Shown: positions 1-8,951, counted from the first letter of the stretch. The stretch is 64,000 nucleotides of DNA from an uncultured Acidimicrobiales bacterium (GCA_902805655.1 CADCTF010000059.1:3140-67139); one strand, 5' to 3'. The notes: generated by a model not told the origin, from the letters alone. Translations and numbers: made by a program.

Positions 1-1545
1 CAGGCAGACCGCTGGCAGTTCGCACATCCTGTGGTGCACGAGGCGGTCTACGACGCACTGCTCAAGCGGAGCCGGCGGCAGCTGCACCGGCGGGCCGCAG
101 AGGTGCTGACGCGCACCACGCCCGACGACCTCGCCGCCCTCTCGCACCACTGGCTCGAGGCGGGCGAAGCGCCTGTGGCGGCCTCGTTGGCCGAAGAGGC
201 GGCCAGGGCGGCGACGCAGCGGCGTGCGTTCGAGGAGGCTGCGGTCCTCTTCGACCGGGCTGTCGACGCATGCGCGGCCACGGGCAAAGGTTCCTCCGTG
301 CGGCCCGAGCTGCTCCTCGAGCAGGCCGACGCCCGCCGGCGGGCCGGCTTCCTCCAGTCCGCCCTCGCCGCCTACGAAGCGGCACACGCGGCGGCCGCGG
401 GCACGGGCTCTACCGAGGTCATGTCGGCGGCGGCCCTCGGCTACGAGGACACGCTCTTCGCCACGCGTGCGCCTCGATCGGCAGCCGACCCCGGCATCGG
501 GCTGCTCGACGAGGCGCTGCTCGCGACGCCGAACGAGGTGAGCGGCCGGCGCGTCCAGATGTTGGGCGCCATGGCCCGCGCCCTGGCCTTCGGCGGCCGC
601 TCGACCGAGGCACGGGCCACGGCGGATCAGGCGGTACAGCTCGCACGGGTGGCGGGTGAGCCTGCCGCCCTGGCGTACGCCCTGCTGGCGTGGCGTACCG
701 AGCGGCTCGACCCGCCGAGCCTCCCCGAACGCATCCCGATGGCCCGTGAGGCGCTGGCCGCGGCAGAGGCGTCCGGGGATCCGGAGCTCTGGATCGAGTC
801 GGGCCGTGCCCTCTTCACCGACCTGCTCGCCGCCTCGGAACGGCAGGAGGCCGACGAGCTGCACGACGAGCTCGTCGCCCGGGTGCTGGCCGAGAACCAA
901 CCCTTCCACCTCTGGTACCCGCCGATGTGGCACGCACAGCGCACCCTCCTCGACGGGAACCTCCAGGAAGCCGAGGCGGCCATAGAGGAGTTCCGCCGGC
1001 GGGCTCGACGGCTCCGGTACTACGCGGTCGACCGTGTGCACGACTTCCTGCGGTTCCTGTTGTTGCGGGAGCAGGGTCTGGCGCAGGAGATGAGGCCGAC
1101 CTTCCTCCGGTGGGCCGACGTCGACCCCCGAGCCGGGCTCCCGCTGCTCGTCGCGCTCGAGGCGTCCGCCGACCGATCAGCGGCTGTGGCTGCCCTGGGT
1201 CGCCTCAGCGCCGACGGCTTCGCCGATCTCCCGAACGACCAATCCCGGGGTCCGCTCCTCGGGCTGCTCGCCGAAGGGGTGGCCGAGCTCGGGGCCGCCC
1301 GCGAGGCGGCGGCCGTGCAGGCGCTGCTCGAGCCATGGCGCGGCCAGATCCTCGTGATGGGCGCCGGTGCCGGCTGCATCGGCTCGGCCGACCACTACCT
1401 CGGCCTCCTGGCTGCCCTCACCGGAGCACCGGCGAATGCGAGAGCGCTCCTGGAAGCCGCCCGCGCCCAGCACGAGCGACTTCGGGCGCCGCGGCTGGTG
1501 CGCCACACGGACGACGCGCTCGCACGCATCGTGCAAGATGGCTGA
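1..1545 (+). CDS. C-terminal helical-repeat (TPR-like) region of a large STAND/AAA-type regulator, 5' end cut by the window edge
   Basis: The frame is open from base 1. The Ala/Leu/Arg-rich helical-repeat composition and the segment HPVVHEAVYDALLKRSRRQLHRRAAEVL resemble the junction after the NTPase domain in AAA_16/TPR regulators. No HTH is seen at the C-terminus. Confidence 0.55.
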   Translation, partial: QADRWQFAHPVVHEAVYDALLKRSRRQLHRRAAEVLTRTTPDDLAALSHHWLEAGEAPVAASLAEEAARAATQRRAFEEAAVLFDRAVDACAATGKGSSVRPELLLEQADARRRAGFLQSALAAYEAAHAAAAGTGSTEVMSAAALGYEDTLFATRAPRSAADPGIGLLDEALLATPNEVSGRRVQMLGAMARALAFGGRSTEARATADQAVQLARVAGEPAALAYALLAWRTERLDPPSLPERIPMAREALAAAEASGDPELWIESGRALFTDLLAASERQEADELHDELVARVLAENQPFHLWYPPMWHAQRTLLDGNLQEAEAAIEEFRRRARRLRYYAVDRVHDFLRFLLLREQGLAQEMRPTFLRWADVDPRAGLPLLVALEASADRSAAVAALGRLSADGFADLPNDQSRGPLLGLLAEGVAELGAAREAAAVQALLEPWRGQILVMGAGAGCIGSADHYLGLLAALTGAPANARALLEAARAQHERLRAPRLVRHTDDALARIVQDG

Positions 1546-2303
1546 TGCTCACGCTCGAGGAAGCCCGCCGAACCATTGCGGATGGCGTGGGGGCCACACT
1601 CCGGACCCTGCGGACCCTCGACGAGCACCACTGGGACGCTCCGACACCGTGCGCCGGTTGGACGGTCCGGGACCTCGTCGCCCACCTCGCATGGGGGCAG
1701 CGGCTGGAGGGCACCGGGCTGGCCGCCATGCACGCCGGGAGCACAACGACGATCGCGGTCCCACCCGTCACCGAACGTGATCCGGCGGAGCTCGTGGCTG
1801 CGCTTCAGGCCGAGCACGCCTTCCTCCTGGCCGGCATCGACGCCGCCACCGAAGCGGACCTCCACCGCATCGCTCCGATGCCGTTCGGCCCGGCACCCCT
1901 CGCCCTGTTGCTCCAGGTCATCACGAACGAGGTGGCCATCCACGGCCACGACCTCCTCAGCGCCCTCGGTACGCCGCGGCCGGTCACGAGTGACGCCATG
2001 CGGGGCGTGACCGCGACCCTCACCGCCTTCCTTCCGGTGCTCGCCGCCGGCGGCACGCCCCCACCCGACCCGGTTGCCTTCCGGCTGGTGGGTCACGAGC
2101 ACTTCGACGTCACCCTCGAGTGGACGGGGTCCGCCTGGCAGCTCGGCCCGGCCGACATGGCGACGGTGACCATCTCCGGCGACGACACCGCCGTGGCGCT
2201 GTTCGCCCTCGGCCGCCTCGACGCCGCCCACCCGACGCTTCGGATCCAGGGTGACCGCACGGCGGCCGAGCGCTTCAAGCAACACGTCCCCGGGCCCTAC
2301 TGA
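1545..2303 (+). CDS. Mycothiol-dependent maleylpyruvate isomerase / DinB-family metal-binding protein
   Basis: The N-terminus LEEARRTIADGVGATLRTLRTLDEHHWDAPTPCAGWTVRDLVAHL is the typical MDMPI_N/DinB_2 signature. The ATG at 1545 overlaps the upstream stop (TGATG). Confidence 0.8.
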   Translation: MLTLEEARRTIADGVGATLRTLRTLDEHHWDAPTPCAGWTVRDLVAHLAWGQRLEGTGLAAMHAGSTTTIAVPPVTERDPAELVAALQAEHAFLLAGIDAATEADLHRIAPMPFGPAPLALLLQVITNEVAIHGHDLLSALGTPRPVTSDAMRGVTATLTAFLPVLAAGGTPPPDPVAFRLVGHEHFDVTLEWTGSAWQLGPADMATVTISGDDTAVALFALGRLDAAHPTLRIQGDRTAAERFKQHVPGPY

Positions 2304-2355
2304 GCCATGGGTCCGCATCGTCGTCGATCGCTGGTGCATCTGCCAGGCTGGCCTG

Positions 2356-2637
2356 ATGGATGATCCGGAGCCCCGAGAGCTGACCAGCAAGCCAAGCCCC
2401 ACGGAGCCCGCCGCCCCCAAGTCGGTCGAGCCGGGCTTCCTTCCGGCGCGCCCGGCGCGCCCCACCGCGGAGTCGGTGCTGGTGCGGCTGATCGCGACGG
2501 CCGGCGTGGTTGGCATCGGCACGGCCCTGGGCACGATCCTGCTGTCCAACGACGTGGAGGGCTGGATCTCCGCCCTCATCGTCTCCACGGTCACCGTGGC
2601 CCTGGCTGCCGTGCTCTGGCGCTCTCGCAACCTCTGA
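2356..2637 (+). CDS. Small membrane protein (two predicted TM helices)
   Basis: An internal ATG (MDDPEPRE...) is followed by hydrophobic stretches LIATAGVVGIGTALGTILL and ISALIVSTVTVALAAVLW. No recognisable family. Confidence 0.45.
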   Translation: MDDPEPRELTSKPSPTEPAAPKSVEPGFLPARPARPTAESVLVRLIATAGVVGIGTALGTILLSNDVEGWISALIVSTVTVALAAVLWRSRNL

Positions 2638-2661
2638 CCTGACCCGCCCCGGCCGCGATGG

Positions 2662-3285
2662 TCAGGGGCGGTCGAAGAAGGGGCGGCGATCCCGGAGGAA
2701 CCGGAAGGCGTCGGGCACCCGGACGGTGTGGCCGGGCGACAGCGGCGGCAGCTCGTCCTGGGCGAACCAGGAGACGTCCAAGGCCTCGTGCGGCGTGGTC
2801 GCGGCACCGACGTGCATGGGCCGGCACAGGAAGACGAACTGGTAGAGCTGGACCGGGAAGCGGGTCTCGCAGAGCCGCGAGTCGTAGACGCCGACCAGCT
2901 CGAGCACCTCGACCTCGACTCCGGTCTCCTCCCGCGCCTCCCGACGGACTCCCTCAGCCGGCGTCTCGCCCATCTCGAAGAGGCCTCCGGGCATCGCCCA
3001 CAGGTGATCGTCCGCCCGTTGGATGAGGAGGATGCGACCCTCGTCGTCGAACACGGCTGCGTCCCCGCACGGAACCGGCGCACTGTGCGTGAGCTGGGTC
3101 AGCACCGAACGCCTCACCTCGTCCAGCGATCGGGTGTCTGCGAACGCGAAGAGTCGAACCGCCGCCTCCTGCAGCCGCTCGAACCGGTCGCGGTTGTACG
3201 GATCCTCGGCGGTCCAGTGGATGCCGCTGGTGGCGATCACTCGCAGCTCGTCCGCCAGCATCCTGAGCTCGTCGGTCGCGTCCAC
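2662..3285 (-). CDS. NUDIX hydrolase with N-terminal NUDIX-associated helical domain
   Basis: Nudix box GGLFEMGETPAEGVRREAREETGVEV. The N-terminal LRMLADELRVIATSGIHWTAEDPYNRDRFERL matches the Nudix N-terminal domain type. Start is GTG 3285 or ATG 3261. The Arg-rich upstream part of the 519-aa ORF is treated as artefact. Confidence 0.8.
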   Translation of the reverse strand: MDATDELRMLADELRVIATSGIHWTAEDPYNRDRFERLQEAAVRLFAFADTRSLDEVRRSVLTQLTHSAPVPCGDAAVFDDEGRILLIQRADDHLWAMPGGLFEMGETPAEGVRREAREETGVEVEVLELVGVYDSRLCETRFPVQLYQFVFLCRPMHVGAATTPHEALDVSWFAQDELPPLSPGHTVRVPDAFRFLRDRRPFFDRP

Positions 3286-3353
3286 CGCCGCAGGCTGCCA
3301 CAGCCGACCGCCCGGCCGGCGTCGAAGCCCAGCTCGCAGCGGGCACCGGTAGG

Positions 3354-4541
3354 GTGCGGCCTCTGGTGCCCGAACCCGAGCTGGTGTCCGCCCTCCGAGC
3401 GAGGTGGGACGCGCTGTTCGACCGGCTCGGGCTGGTCGACGACGGGCTCTTCGCCGACCTCGTCGGCCGCTACCGCGAGCCGCACCGGCACTACCACTCG
3501 GTCGCCCACGTGGCCGCAGTGGTCGAGCAGGTCGAGGACCTCGCCGCTCGCGTGGGGCTCGAGCGGCCGGAGGCGACCTTGCTGGCGGCTTGGTTCCATG
3601 ACGCCGTCTACGACCCGAGGGCTGCCGACAACGAGCGTCGGAGCGCGGACCTGGCGGTGGCCGCGCTCTCTGCCCGCGGCGCCGCCTCCGCCCTGCTCGC
3701 GAGGGTGGAGCAGATGGTGCTGGCCACGGCCGCTCACGTGCCGGACGAGGGTGACGTGGAGGCCGCCGTGCTGCTCGACGCCGACCTCGCCATCCTCGCG
3801 GCATCACCCCTCGACTACGCCGCCTACGCGGCGGCCGTGCGCGAGGAGTACGCCTTCGTGCCCGAAGCCGCCTTCCGCACCGGCCGGCGGAAGGTGCTCC
3901 AGGCGCTGCTGTCCCAGCCCCTGTTCCGCACGCAGCCCATGCGGCCACTCGAGGAGCCGGCCCGGGAGAACGTCGAGCGGGAGATCCGGTCGCTGGCGGC
4001 GTGGGAGCCCGTCCTCCCCGGCTACGTCCCCGGGGTCGACGCCGCGCTGGGAGCCGTGGTGGTCGACGAGGACGGAGCCTCGATCCGGCTGCGCCGGGCC
4101 GCCGCCGGCGACGACCCCACCCTGCTGCCCGGCGAGCTGATCGTCTGGGCCTGGGTGTTCGACCCGGACGTCGAGCACGTCCTGCTCGTCGCCCACCCCC
4201 GGTTCCAGCGGCTGCTTCCACCAGGTGGCCGGGTCAACCCGCAGGAAGACCCAGCCGACGCCGTGCTCCGCGAGCTACGGGAGGAGACCGGCCTGGTCGA
4301 CGTGGTGCCGGCTCACTCGGGCGCGGTGCTGGTCGATCGGTGGGCGACCTCCACCATCGAGACCTACGGGCTGGCCTTCGCCTTCTTCACCGACCCGGCC
4401 CAGCCGCTCGTCAGCGAGCCGGGGCAGCAGGCCGCGTGGTACCCGCTCGACGCACGACCGCCCGAGGCCGACGAGCGCCACTGGCACCGGCTGTCGGCGG
4501 CCGTGGCCCGGCTCCGGATCATCCCTTCGCCGGAGGGCTGA
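3354..4541 (+). CDS. HD-superfamily phosphohydrolase-like domain fused to a C-terminal NUDIX domain
   Basis: The N-terminal half has YREPHRHYHSVAHVAAV ... AAWFHDAVYDPRAADNERRSA (COG4339-type HD pattern). The C-terminal half has PGGRVNPQEDPADAVLRELREETGL (Nudix box). Confidence 0.7.
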   Translation: MRPLVPEPELVSALRARWDALFDRLGLVDDGLFADLVGRYREPHRHYHSVAHVAAVVEQVEDLAARVGLERPEATLLAAWFHDAVYDPRAADNERRSADLAVAALSARGAASALLARVEQMVLATAAHVPDEGDVEAAVLLDADLAILAASPLDYAAYAAAVREEYAFVPEAAFRTGRRKVLQALLSQPLFRTQPMRPLEEPARENVEREIRSLAAWEPVLPGYVPGVDAALGAVVVDEDGASIRLRRAAAGDDPTLLPGELIVWAWVFDPDVEHVLLVAHPRFQRLLPPGGRVNPQEDPADAVLRELREETGLVDVVPAHSGAVLVDRWATSTIETYGLAFAFFTDPAQPLVSEPGQQAAWYPLDARPPEADERHWHRLSAAVARLRIIPSPEG

Positions 4542-4573
4542 CTCCGCCAGGCACACCCCGGGGAGGCTGTTCT

Positions 4574-4649
4574 TGGAGCGGTAGACCGGGCTCGAACCGG
4601 CGACCTCGACCTTGGCAAGGTCGCGCTCTACCAACTGAGCTACTACCGC
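4574..4649 (-). tRNA. tRNA-Gly (anticodon GCC), CCA encoded
   Basis: The reverse complement reads GCGGTAGTAGCTCAGTTGGTAGAGCGCGACCTTGCCAAGGTCGAGGTCGCCGGTTCGAGCCCGGTCTACCGCTCCA. It has a 7-bp acceptor stem GCGGTAG/CTACCGC, anticodon loop TTGCCAA and a GGTTCGAGCC T-arm. Confidence 0.9.
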
Positions 4650-4698
4650 CTGACCTCGGTCATGTTATCCGACGGGGCTGGCGGGTCGCACAACAGCC

Positions 4699-5562
4699 TC
4701 ACTTGATGAGACGCGACAACCGGCGGTCGGCCAGCGGCTTGCCGCCCGTCTGGCAACCGGCGCAGTACTGCAGAGACTTGGTGGCGAAGGAGACGGAGCG
4801 GACGTCGTCGCCGCACTCGGGTCATGCCTGCCCCGCACGCCCGTGCACCCGCATGCCCGAGCGCTTCTCGGACTTCAGGCCGCTGGCCGGCAGCCCGCGC
4901 GAGCGCTCGACGGCATCGCTCAGGACCGTGCGCAGCGCGAGGAACAGGCGCTCCACCTCCTCCGCCGTGAGCTTGTTGGCGGGCCGGAAGGGCGACAGCC
5001 GCGCCACGTGCAGCGCCTCGTCGGAGTAGGCGTTGCCCACGCCGGCGATGAGGGACTGGTCGGTGAGCACGCCCTTCACCTGGGCCTTCGTGGACGCCAG
5101 CAACGTCGCCAGCGCAGCCAGGTCGAAGGCTGGATCGAGCGGGTCGGGTCCGAGCGAGGAGATCCAGTCGATGTCTTCCGGCGAGCGGACGACGTAGGCC
5201 GCCAGCCGCTTCTCGGTGCCCGCCTCGGTGACGTCGAACCCGGCTCCGGACTCGAACCGCACTCGCAGGGCCAGAGGGCTCTTGCCTCCCGGCTTCACCG
5301 GTGCGGTCGGCTGCAGGTCCTTCCAGCGGACCCAACCCGCTCGTGCCAGGTGCAGCACGAGCCACAGACCGTCGGTGTCGATCAACAGGAACTTGCCGCG
5401 CCGTTCGGTGTCGACCACGGTGCGCCCGACGAGCGCGTCGACGGGTGGCTCGTAGGTCTTGAGCGCCGAGAGGGCGCCCACCGCGACCTTCTCGAAGACC
5501 TGTCCTCGCGCCTGTTCACCGAGGAAGCCCACCAGCGCCTCGACCTCCGGCAGCTCAGGCAT
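4699..5562 (-). pseudogene. Fpg/Nei-family DNA glycosylase interrupted by an in-frame TGA (minus-strand codon at 4822-4824) at the first Cys of the C-terminal zinc finger
   Basis: N-terminal MPELPEVE is the catalytic Pro2/Glu3 motif. The ORF stops after VHGRAGQA. The same frame continues as PECGDDVRSVSFATKSLQYCAGCQTGGKPLADRRLSRLIK*. This restores C-x2-C-x16-C-x2-C if the TGA position is read as Cys. Confidence 0.7.
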
Positions 5563-5568
5563 GATCCC

Positions 5569-6006
5569 CTACCTCCCGCTGTGGCCGAAGGCGCCCGGCC
5601 CCCGCTCGGACGGCGGTAGCTCGTCGACGGCTTCGAAGTCCACTGCCTCGACGGCCTGCACGACCAGCTGGGCGATGCGGTCCCCCCGCTCGACGGTGTA
5701 GGCCTCGGTCGGGTCGTGGTTGACCAGCAGGACCTGCAGCTCACCCCGGTAGCCGGCGTCCACCAGTCCCGGGCTGTTGAGCACCGTGACCCCGTGACGC
5801 AGGGCCAGACCGCTGCGGGGCTGCACGAACCCGGCATGGCCCTCGGGGATGGCGACGGCGATGCCCGTCGGCACCAGCGCCCGCCCACCGCACGGCGCCA
5901 GCGTCACGCCCGTCCGGGCCACCAGGTCGGCGCCGGCGTCACCCGAGCGGGCGTAGCTCGGGCGGCCGAGCTCGGGATCGAGGACCACGATCGGGATGCT
6001 CACCAC
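5569..6006 (-). CDS. dut: dUTP diphosphatase
   Basis: Motifs AGADL, PTGIAVAIPEGHAGFVQPRSGLA, GLVDAGYRGEL and GDRIAQLVV, with a C-terminal GHSGR-type tail. A GTG start at 6006 or 6003 is preferred over the longer track ORF. Confidence 0.9.
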   Translation of the reverse strand: MVSIPIVVLDPELGRPSYARSGDAGADLVARTGVTLAPCGGRALVPTGIAVAIPEGHAGFVQPRSGLALRHGVTVLNSPGLVDAGYRGELQVLLVNHDPTEAYTVERGDRIAQLVVQAVEAVDFEAVDELPPSERGPGAFGHSGR

Positions 6007-6062
6007 GGCGCAGAGCCTACGAGCCAGGGAGTGCGTCGTCAGCGTGGGCGTACCATCGCCGG

Positions 6063-6614
6063 ATGCTCGCATGGATGGACCTGGAGATGACCGGCCTCGA
6101 CCCGGGCCGTCACGTCATCGTGGAGATCGCCACGTTGATCACCGACGACGAGCTCGACATCGTGGCCGAAGGTCCGGACCTCGTGGTCGCCGCCACCCCC
6201 GAACAGCTGGCCGAGATGGACGACTTCGTGCGGGCGATGCACGTGAAGAGCGGGCTGCTCGGCGAGATCGAGGGCTCGACGGTGACCCTGGCCGACGCCG
6301 GGGCAGCCACGCTCGAGTTCCTCCGCCACCACATCGGCAGCCCCCGCACGGTGCCCCTCTGCGGCAACTCGATCGGCACCGACCGGCGCTTCCTGGCCGC
6401 GTACCTGCCCGACGTGGAGGACTACCTGCACTACCGCTCGGTCGACGTCTCCACCATCAAGGAGCTCAGCCGGCGCTGGTACCCGGAGGCCCTGGCCTCC
6501 GCGCCACCGAAGACCGGCGGCCACCGGGCGCTCGACGACATCCGCGCCAGCGTGGCCGAGCTGCGCCACTACCGCAGCTCGTTCTTCAAGGAACGAGGCG
6601 GCTCGGCCGACTAG
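6063..6614 (+). CDS. orn: Oligoribonuclease (DEDDh 3'-5' exoribonuclease)
   Basis: LAWMDLEMTGLD (exo I), LCGNSIGTDRRFL (exo II) and HRALDDIRASVAELRHYR (exo III). Confidence 0.9.
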   Translation: MLAWMDLEMTGLDPGRHVIVEIATLITDDELDIVAEGPDLVVAATPEQLAEMDDFVRAMHVKSGLLGEIEGSTVTLADAGAATLEFLRHHIGSPRTVPLCGNSIGTDRRFLAAYLPDVEDYLHYRSVDVSTIKELSRRWYPEALASAPPKTGGHRALDDIRASVAELRHYRSSFFKERGGSAD

Positions 6615-7750
6615 CGCTGCACCAGCCGGCGGTTCCGGATCTGAGTCACGTCGTCGCCTGACGGCTGCACGGTCGAAGGCACGACGAGGAAGTCGGCGGA
6701 CGCCCTGACACCGCCCGCGCCAGTGGCCACGAGCTGCCGCGGACCGTTGCGGTCGCGCGGCATCACCAGCACCGGTACCTGGAACGTGCCGTCAGGGCCG
6801 GCCGTGGCCGATGCCCCCCCGATGCCGGGGTCCCAGGACAGCGACACCGCTCCGGGCGGGAAGCCGCGGCCCTCGGCCGAGGTCACGAAGCCACCGGGAC
6901 CGAGCACGGGCGTCACCACGAGCGACGCGGGTGGACGCGGCGCAGTGGTCGACGTGGTGGTCGCGGGCGCCGCCGTAGTGGTGGGGCTCGTGTTCGTCGT
7001 CGGAGGTGCAGCGGTGGTCGGAGGGGGAGGTCTGGTCGTCGTGGTCGTGGTCGGCGGTGGGCACGGCTCCCACGTGGCGAGCACCTGCGAGCCGCCCAGG
7101 TCGTTGGCGTACACCGGAACCGGGCGGTTGGGCGGCACGACCTGGAAGGGGCCGGTCGGGTTGCCGTCGCTCGACACGAACGACCCGTTGGCCCGGACAG
7201 GGATGCGGATCCGCCGATCGGCAGAGACCTCGGAGTCGGTGGAGTCGTAGTACACGTACGCCGCGGAGTCCGGGAAGAAGCCCGTGCCCCGCACGACCAG
7301 CGACGTGCGGGCCCCGGGCGTGAAGCACGGGGGGTCGAACGAAAGCTCCTCGGCTCCCCCGCACGGCACGCGGAAGCGGACGACGTTCGAGCTGACCCTC
7401 GACGCGACGTCGACCGTGTGCACCAGCGTGAACCCGTTGCCGCTGGAGAAGAGGGTGAAGCTGAAGTCGATGGTGCCGTTGGTGCCCCCGGGGCGCTGGC
7501 CCGACTCCTGGTGGTAGAGCTCGTTGTTGACGTAGATGTCCACCGGCGCGGAGCGGAACGCGTTGGACGGGGTGAAGCCGCTCCCCTGCAGTCGAACGAA
7601 CGTCTGGCTCGACCCGCACGAGGGCGTGAGCGATATGACCGGCTGGGGTCGCACCTGCGCGCCGATGATGTCATGAACGAGCAGGCCCCCGACGGCAGCG
7701 GCCAGCATCGCAAGAGCGAGGCCGACGCGAAGCCGGGGCCATCTACCCAC
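6611..7750 (-). CDS. Secreted or membrane-anchored protein with three IPT/TIG-like Ig-fold repeats and a Pro/Thr linker
   Basis: N-terminal signal/anchor RLRVGLALAMLAAAVGGLLV. Repeated blocks contain GSGFTP / GTGFFP / GRGFPPG. Linker PPPTTTTTTRPPPPTTAAPPTTNTSPTTT. The gene overlaps the upstream gene by 8 nt. Confidence 0.5.
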   Translation of the reverse strand: MGRWPRLRVGLALAMLAAAVGGLLVHDIIGAQVRPQPVISLTPSCGSSQTFVRLQGSGFTPSNAFRSAPVDIYVNNELYHQESGQRPGGTNGTIDFSFTLFSSGNGFTLVHTVDVASRVSSNVVRFRVPCGGAEELSFDPPCFTPGARTSLVVRGTGFFPDSAAYVYYDSTDSEVSADRRIRIPVRANGSFVSSDGNPTGPFQVVPPNRPVPVYANDLGGSQVLATWEPCPPPTTTTTTRPPPPTTAAPPTTNTSPTTTAAPATTTSTTAPRPPASLVVTPVLGPGGFVTSAEGRGFPPGAVSLSWDPGIGGASATAGPDGTFQVPVLVMPRDRNGPRQLVATGAGGVRASADFLVVPSTVQPSGDDVTQIRNRRLVQR

Positions 7751-8951
7751 CGGCCACGAGGAAGCCGGTGAAGTACGCGCCCGGCGTGCAGGTCGGCGAG
7801 CTGCACTCAGCGTTGAGCGTCAGCTGCTGGCCGGCCGTGAAGACCACCGGCGAGACGAAGTGGTAGTCGAGGTCCCGGAAGTTGGCCAGCTCCACGACCA
7901 GCAGGGGCGTGTTGCCCCGGCGGATCTGCAGCCGGCCGCTCTCCCCCGCCGGGTTCTGGAGCACGATGTCGGTGAGCTGCAGGACGCGGCCCGCCGGTAC
8001 CTCCAAGCTGACCGACCCGTCGTCCGTGAGGAACAGGCGCGCGTCGAACGGCGACCCGGGCCCGCCCCCGCCCCCACCGGGGCCGCTCACCGCATCGGCA
8101 ACGGCGACGTCGGCACCGCCGTTCCCGCTCGGGCCGCCGGCATCACCGCCCGAGCCGTCTCCGATGGTGGGCGACACCGCTTCGATCGCCGCCTCCTTGG
8201 CCGCTGACCTCACCGCAGGCTTGCCGACGCCGAACCAGAGCAGCGCAAGTGCCATCAGGGCGAGCGCCCCCGCCAGTGCGGCGCGCTTGAGCCACGGGGG
8301 CATCGTCTGCTCCTGGAGCATGGTGCCCTGCACCATCACGGGCGGGTGGGAGTCGGCCTCCACGAAGACCTGGAACATGCGCGTCTGCGGGGGCCCCTTG
8401 CGGAACGTCTTGCGCGGCTTCACCTTCACGTGGGCGAAGTTGGCCGTGTTGGGCTCGGCCACCAGCGCCGGCGGGTCGACCTCCAGCTCCAGCTGGTCGT
8501 CCGGGTCGACCGCTCGGATGGTGGCGTTCACCCTGGTGTTGCCCCGGTTGTCCACGGCCAGCTCGTAGGCCGCCCCCCGGGCGCCACGGGACGTGCGGGG
8601 CACCAGGTCGGCCAGCAGGTCGGCGTAGGCACCGACCTCGATCGTGCCTTCCTCCGCGACCGAGCCCTGCGGGTCCTCCTTGGACTGCACGCGCACGGCG
8701 AAGGCCACCACGCCGGCGCCCACCTCGGCCGAGCGAGGCGGGGCGAAGCTCACCACCGCCGTGCCGTCTGCCCCTGGGAACAACGACAGGCTGGCCGGTT
8801 CCACGGTCGCCCATCCCACTGCGGGGCCCACGACGTGCAGGGTGAGCTCGTCCACCACGGTGCCGGTGTTGCGCACGCGCACGGTGGTCTGGGTGACCGC
8901 GCCTGGAACCACGGAGAGGGCGGACGGATTCAGCGACGCAGCGGCTCCCAT
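7743..8951 (-). CDS. Bitopic membrane protein: N-terminal tandem beta-sandwich (CARDB/NEW3-like) region, one TM helix, Gly-rich linker, C-terminal beta-rich domain
   Basis: There is no signal peptide. Repeated segments of the type 'SVVPGAVTQTTVRVRNTGTVVDELTL' are present. TM helix AALAGALALMALALLWF. The gene is divergent from the CIS regulator gene. Confidence 0.5.
   Translation of the reverse strand: MGAAASLNPSALSVVPGAVTQTTVRVRNTGTVVDELTLHVVGPAVGWATVEPASLSLFPGADGTAVVSFAPPRSAEVGAGVVAFAVRVQSKEDPQGSVAEEGTIEVGAYADLLADLVPRTSRGARGAAYELAVDNRGNTRVNATIRAVDPDDQLELEVDPPALVAEPNTANFAHVKVKPRKTFRKGPPQTRMFQVFVEADSHPPVMVQGTMLQEQTMPPWLKRAALAGALALMALALLWFGVGKPAVRSAAKEAAIEAVSPTIGDGSGGDAGGPSGNGGADVAVADAVSGPGGGGGGPGSPFDARLFLTDDGSVSLEVPAGRVLQLTDIVLQNPAGESGRLQIRRGNTPLLVVELANFRDLDYHFVSPVVFTAGQQLTLNAECSSPTCTPGAYFTGFLVAGG

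Noticed and set aside
927-1544. Upstream 206 codons of the 458-aa ORF containing the DinB-family gene
   Set aside because: This part overlaps the preceding regulator gene in another frame and is Arg/Pro/Gly-rich. The DinB/MDMPI signature begins right after ATG 1545.
3286-4221. N-terminal extension of about 300 aa on the NUDIX ORF (track ORF 2662..4221, 519 aa)
   Set aside because: The extension is almost pure Arg/Pro/Ala/Gly and lies antisense to the well-supported HD-NUDIX gene. The recognisable NUDIX N-terminal domain begins only near 3285.
4822-4824. Selenocysteine decoding of the TGA in the Fpg/Nei gene
   Set aside because: This is not adopted as the primary interpretation. I could only form a 4-bp GCGG/CCGC stem downstream, with no convincing bacterial SECIS, and there are no sel genes in the window. 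It is kept as a lower-ranked alternative in the finding.
4574-6100. tRNA-Gly as an integration site for a genomic island
   Set aside because: No integrase, no direct repeat of the tRNA 3' end and no compositional break were seen nearby. The flanking genes are housekeeping (fpg/nei, dut, orn).
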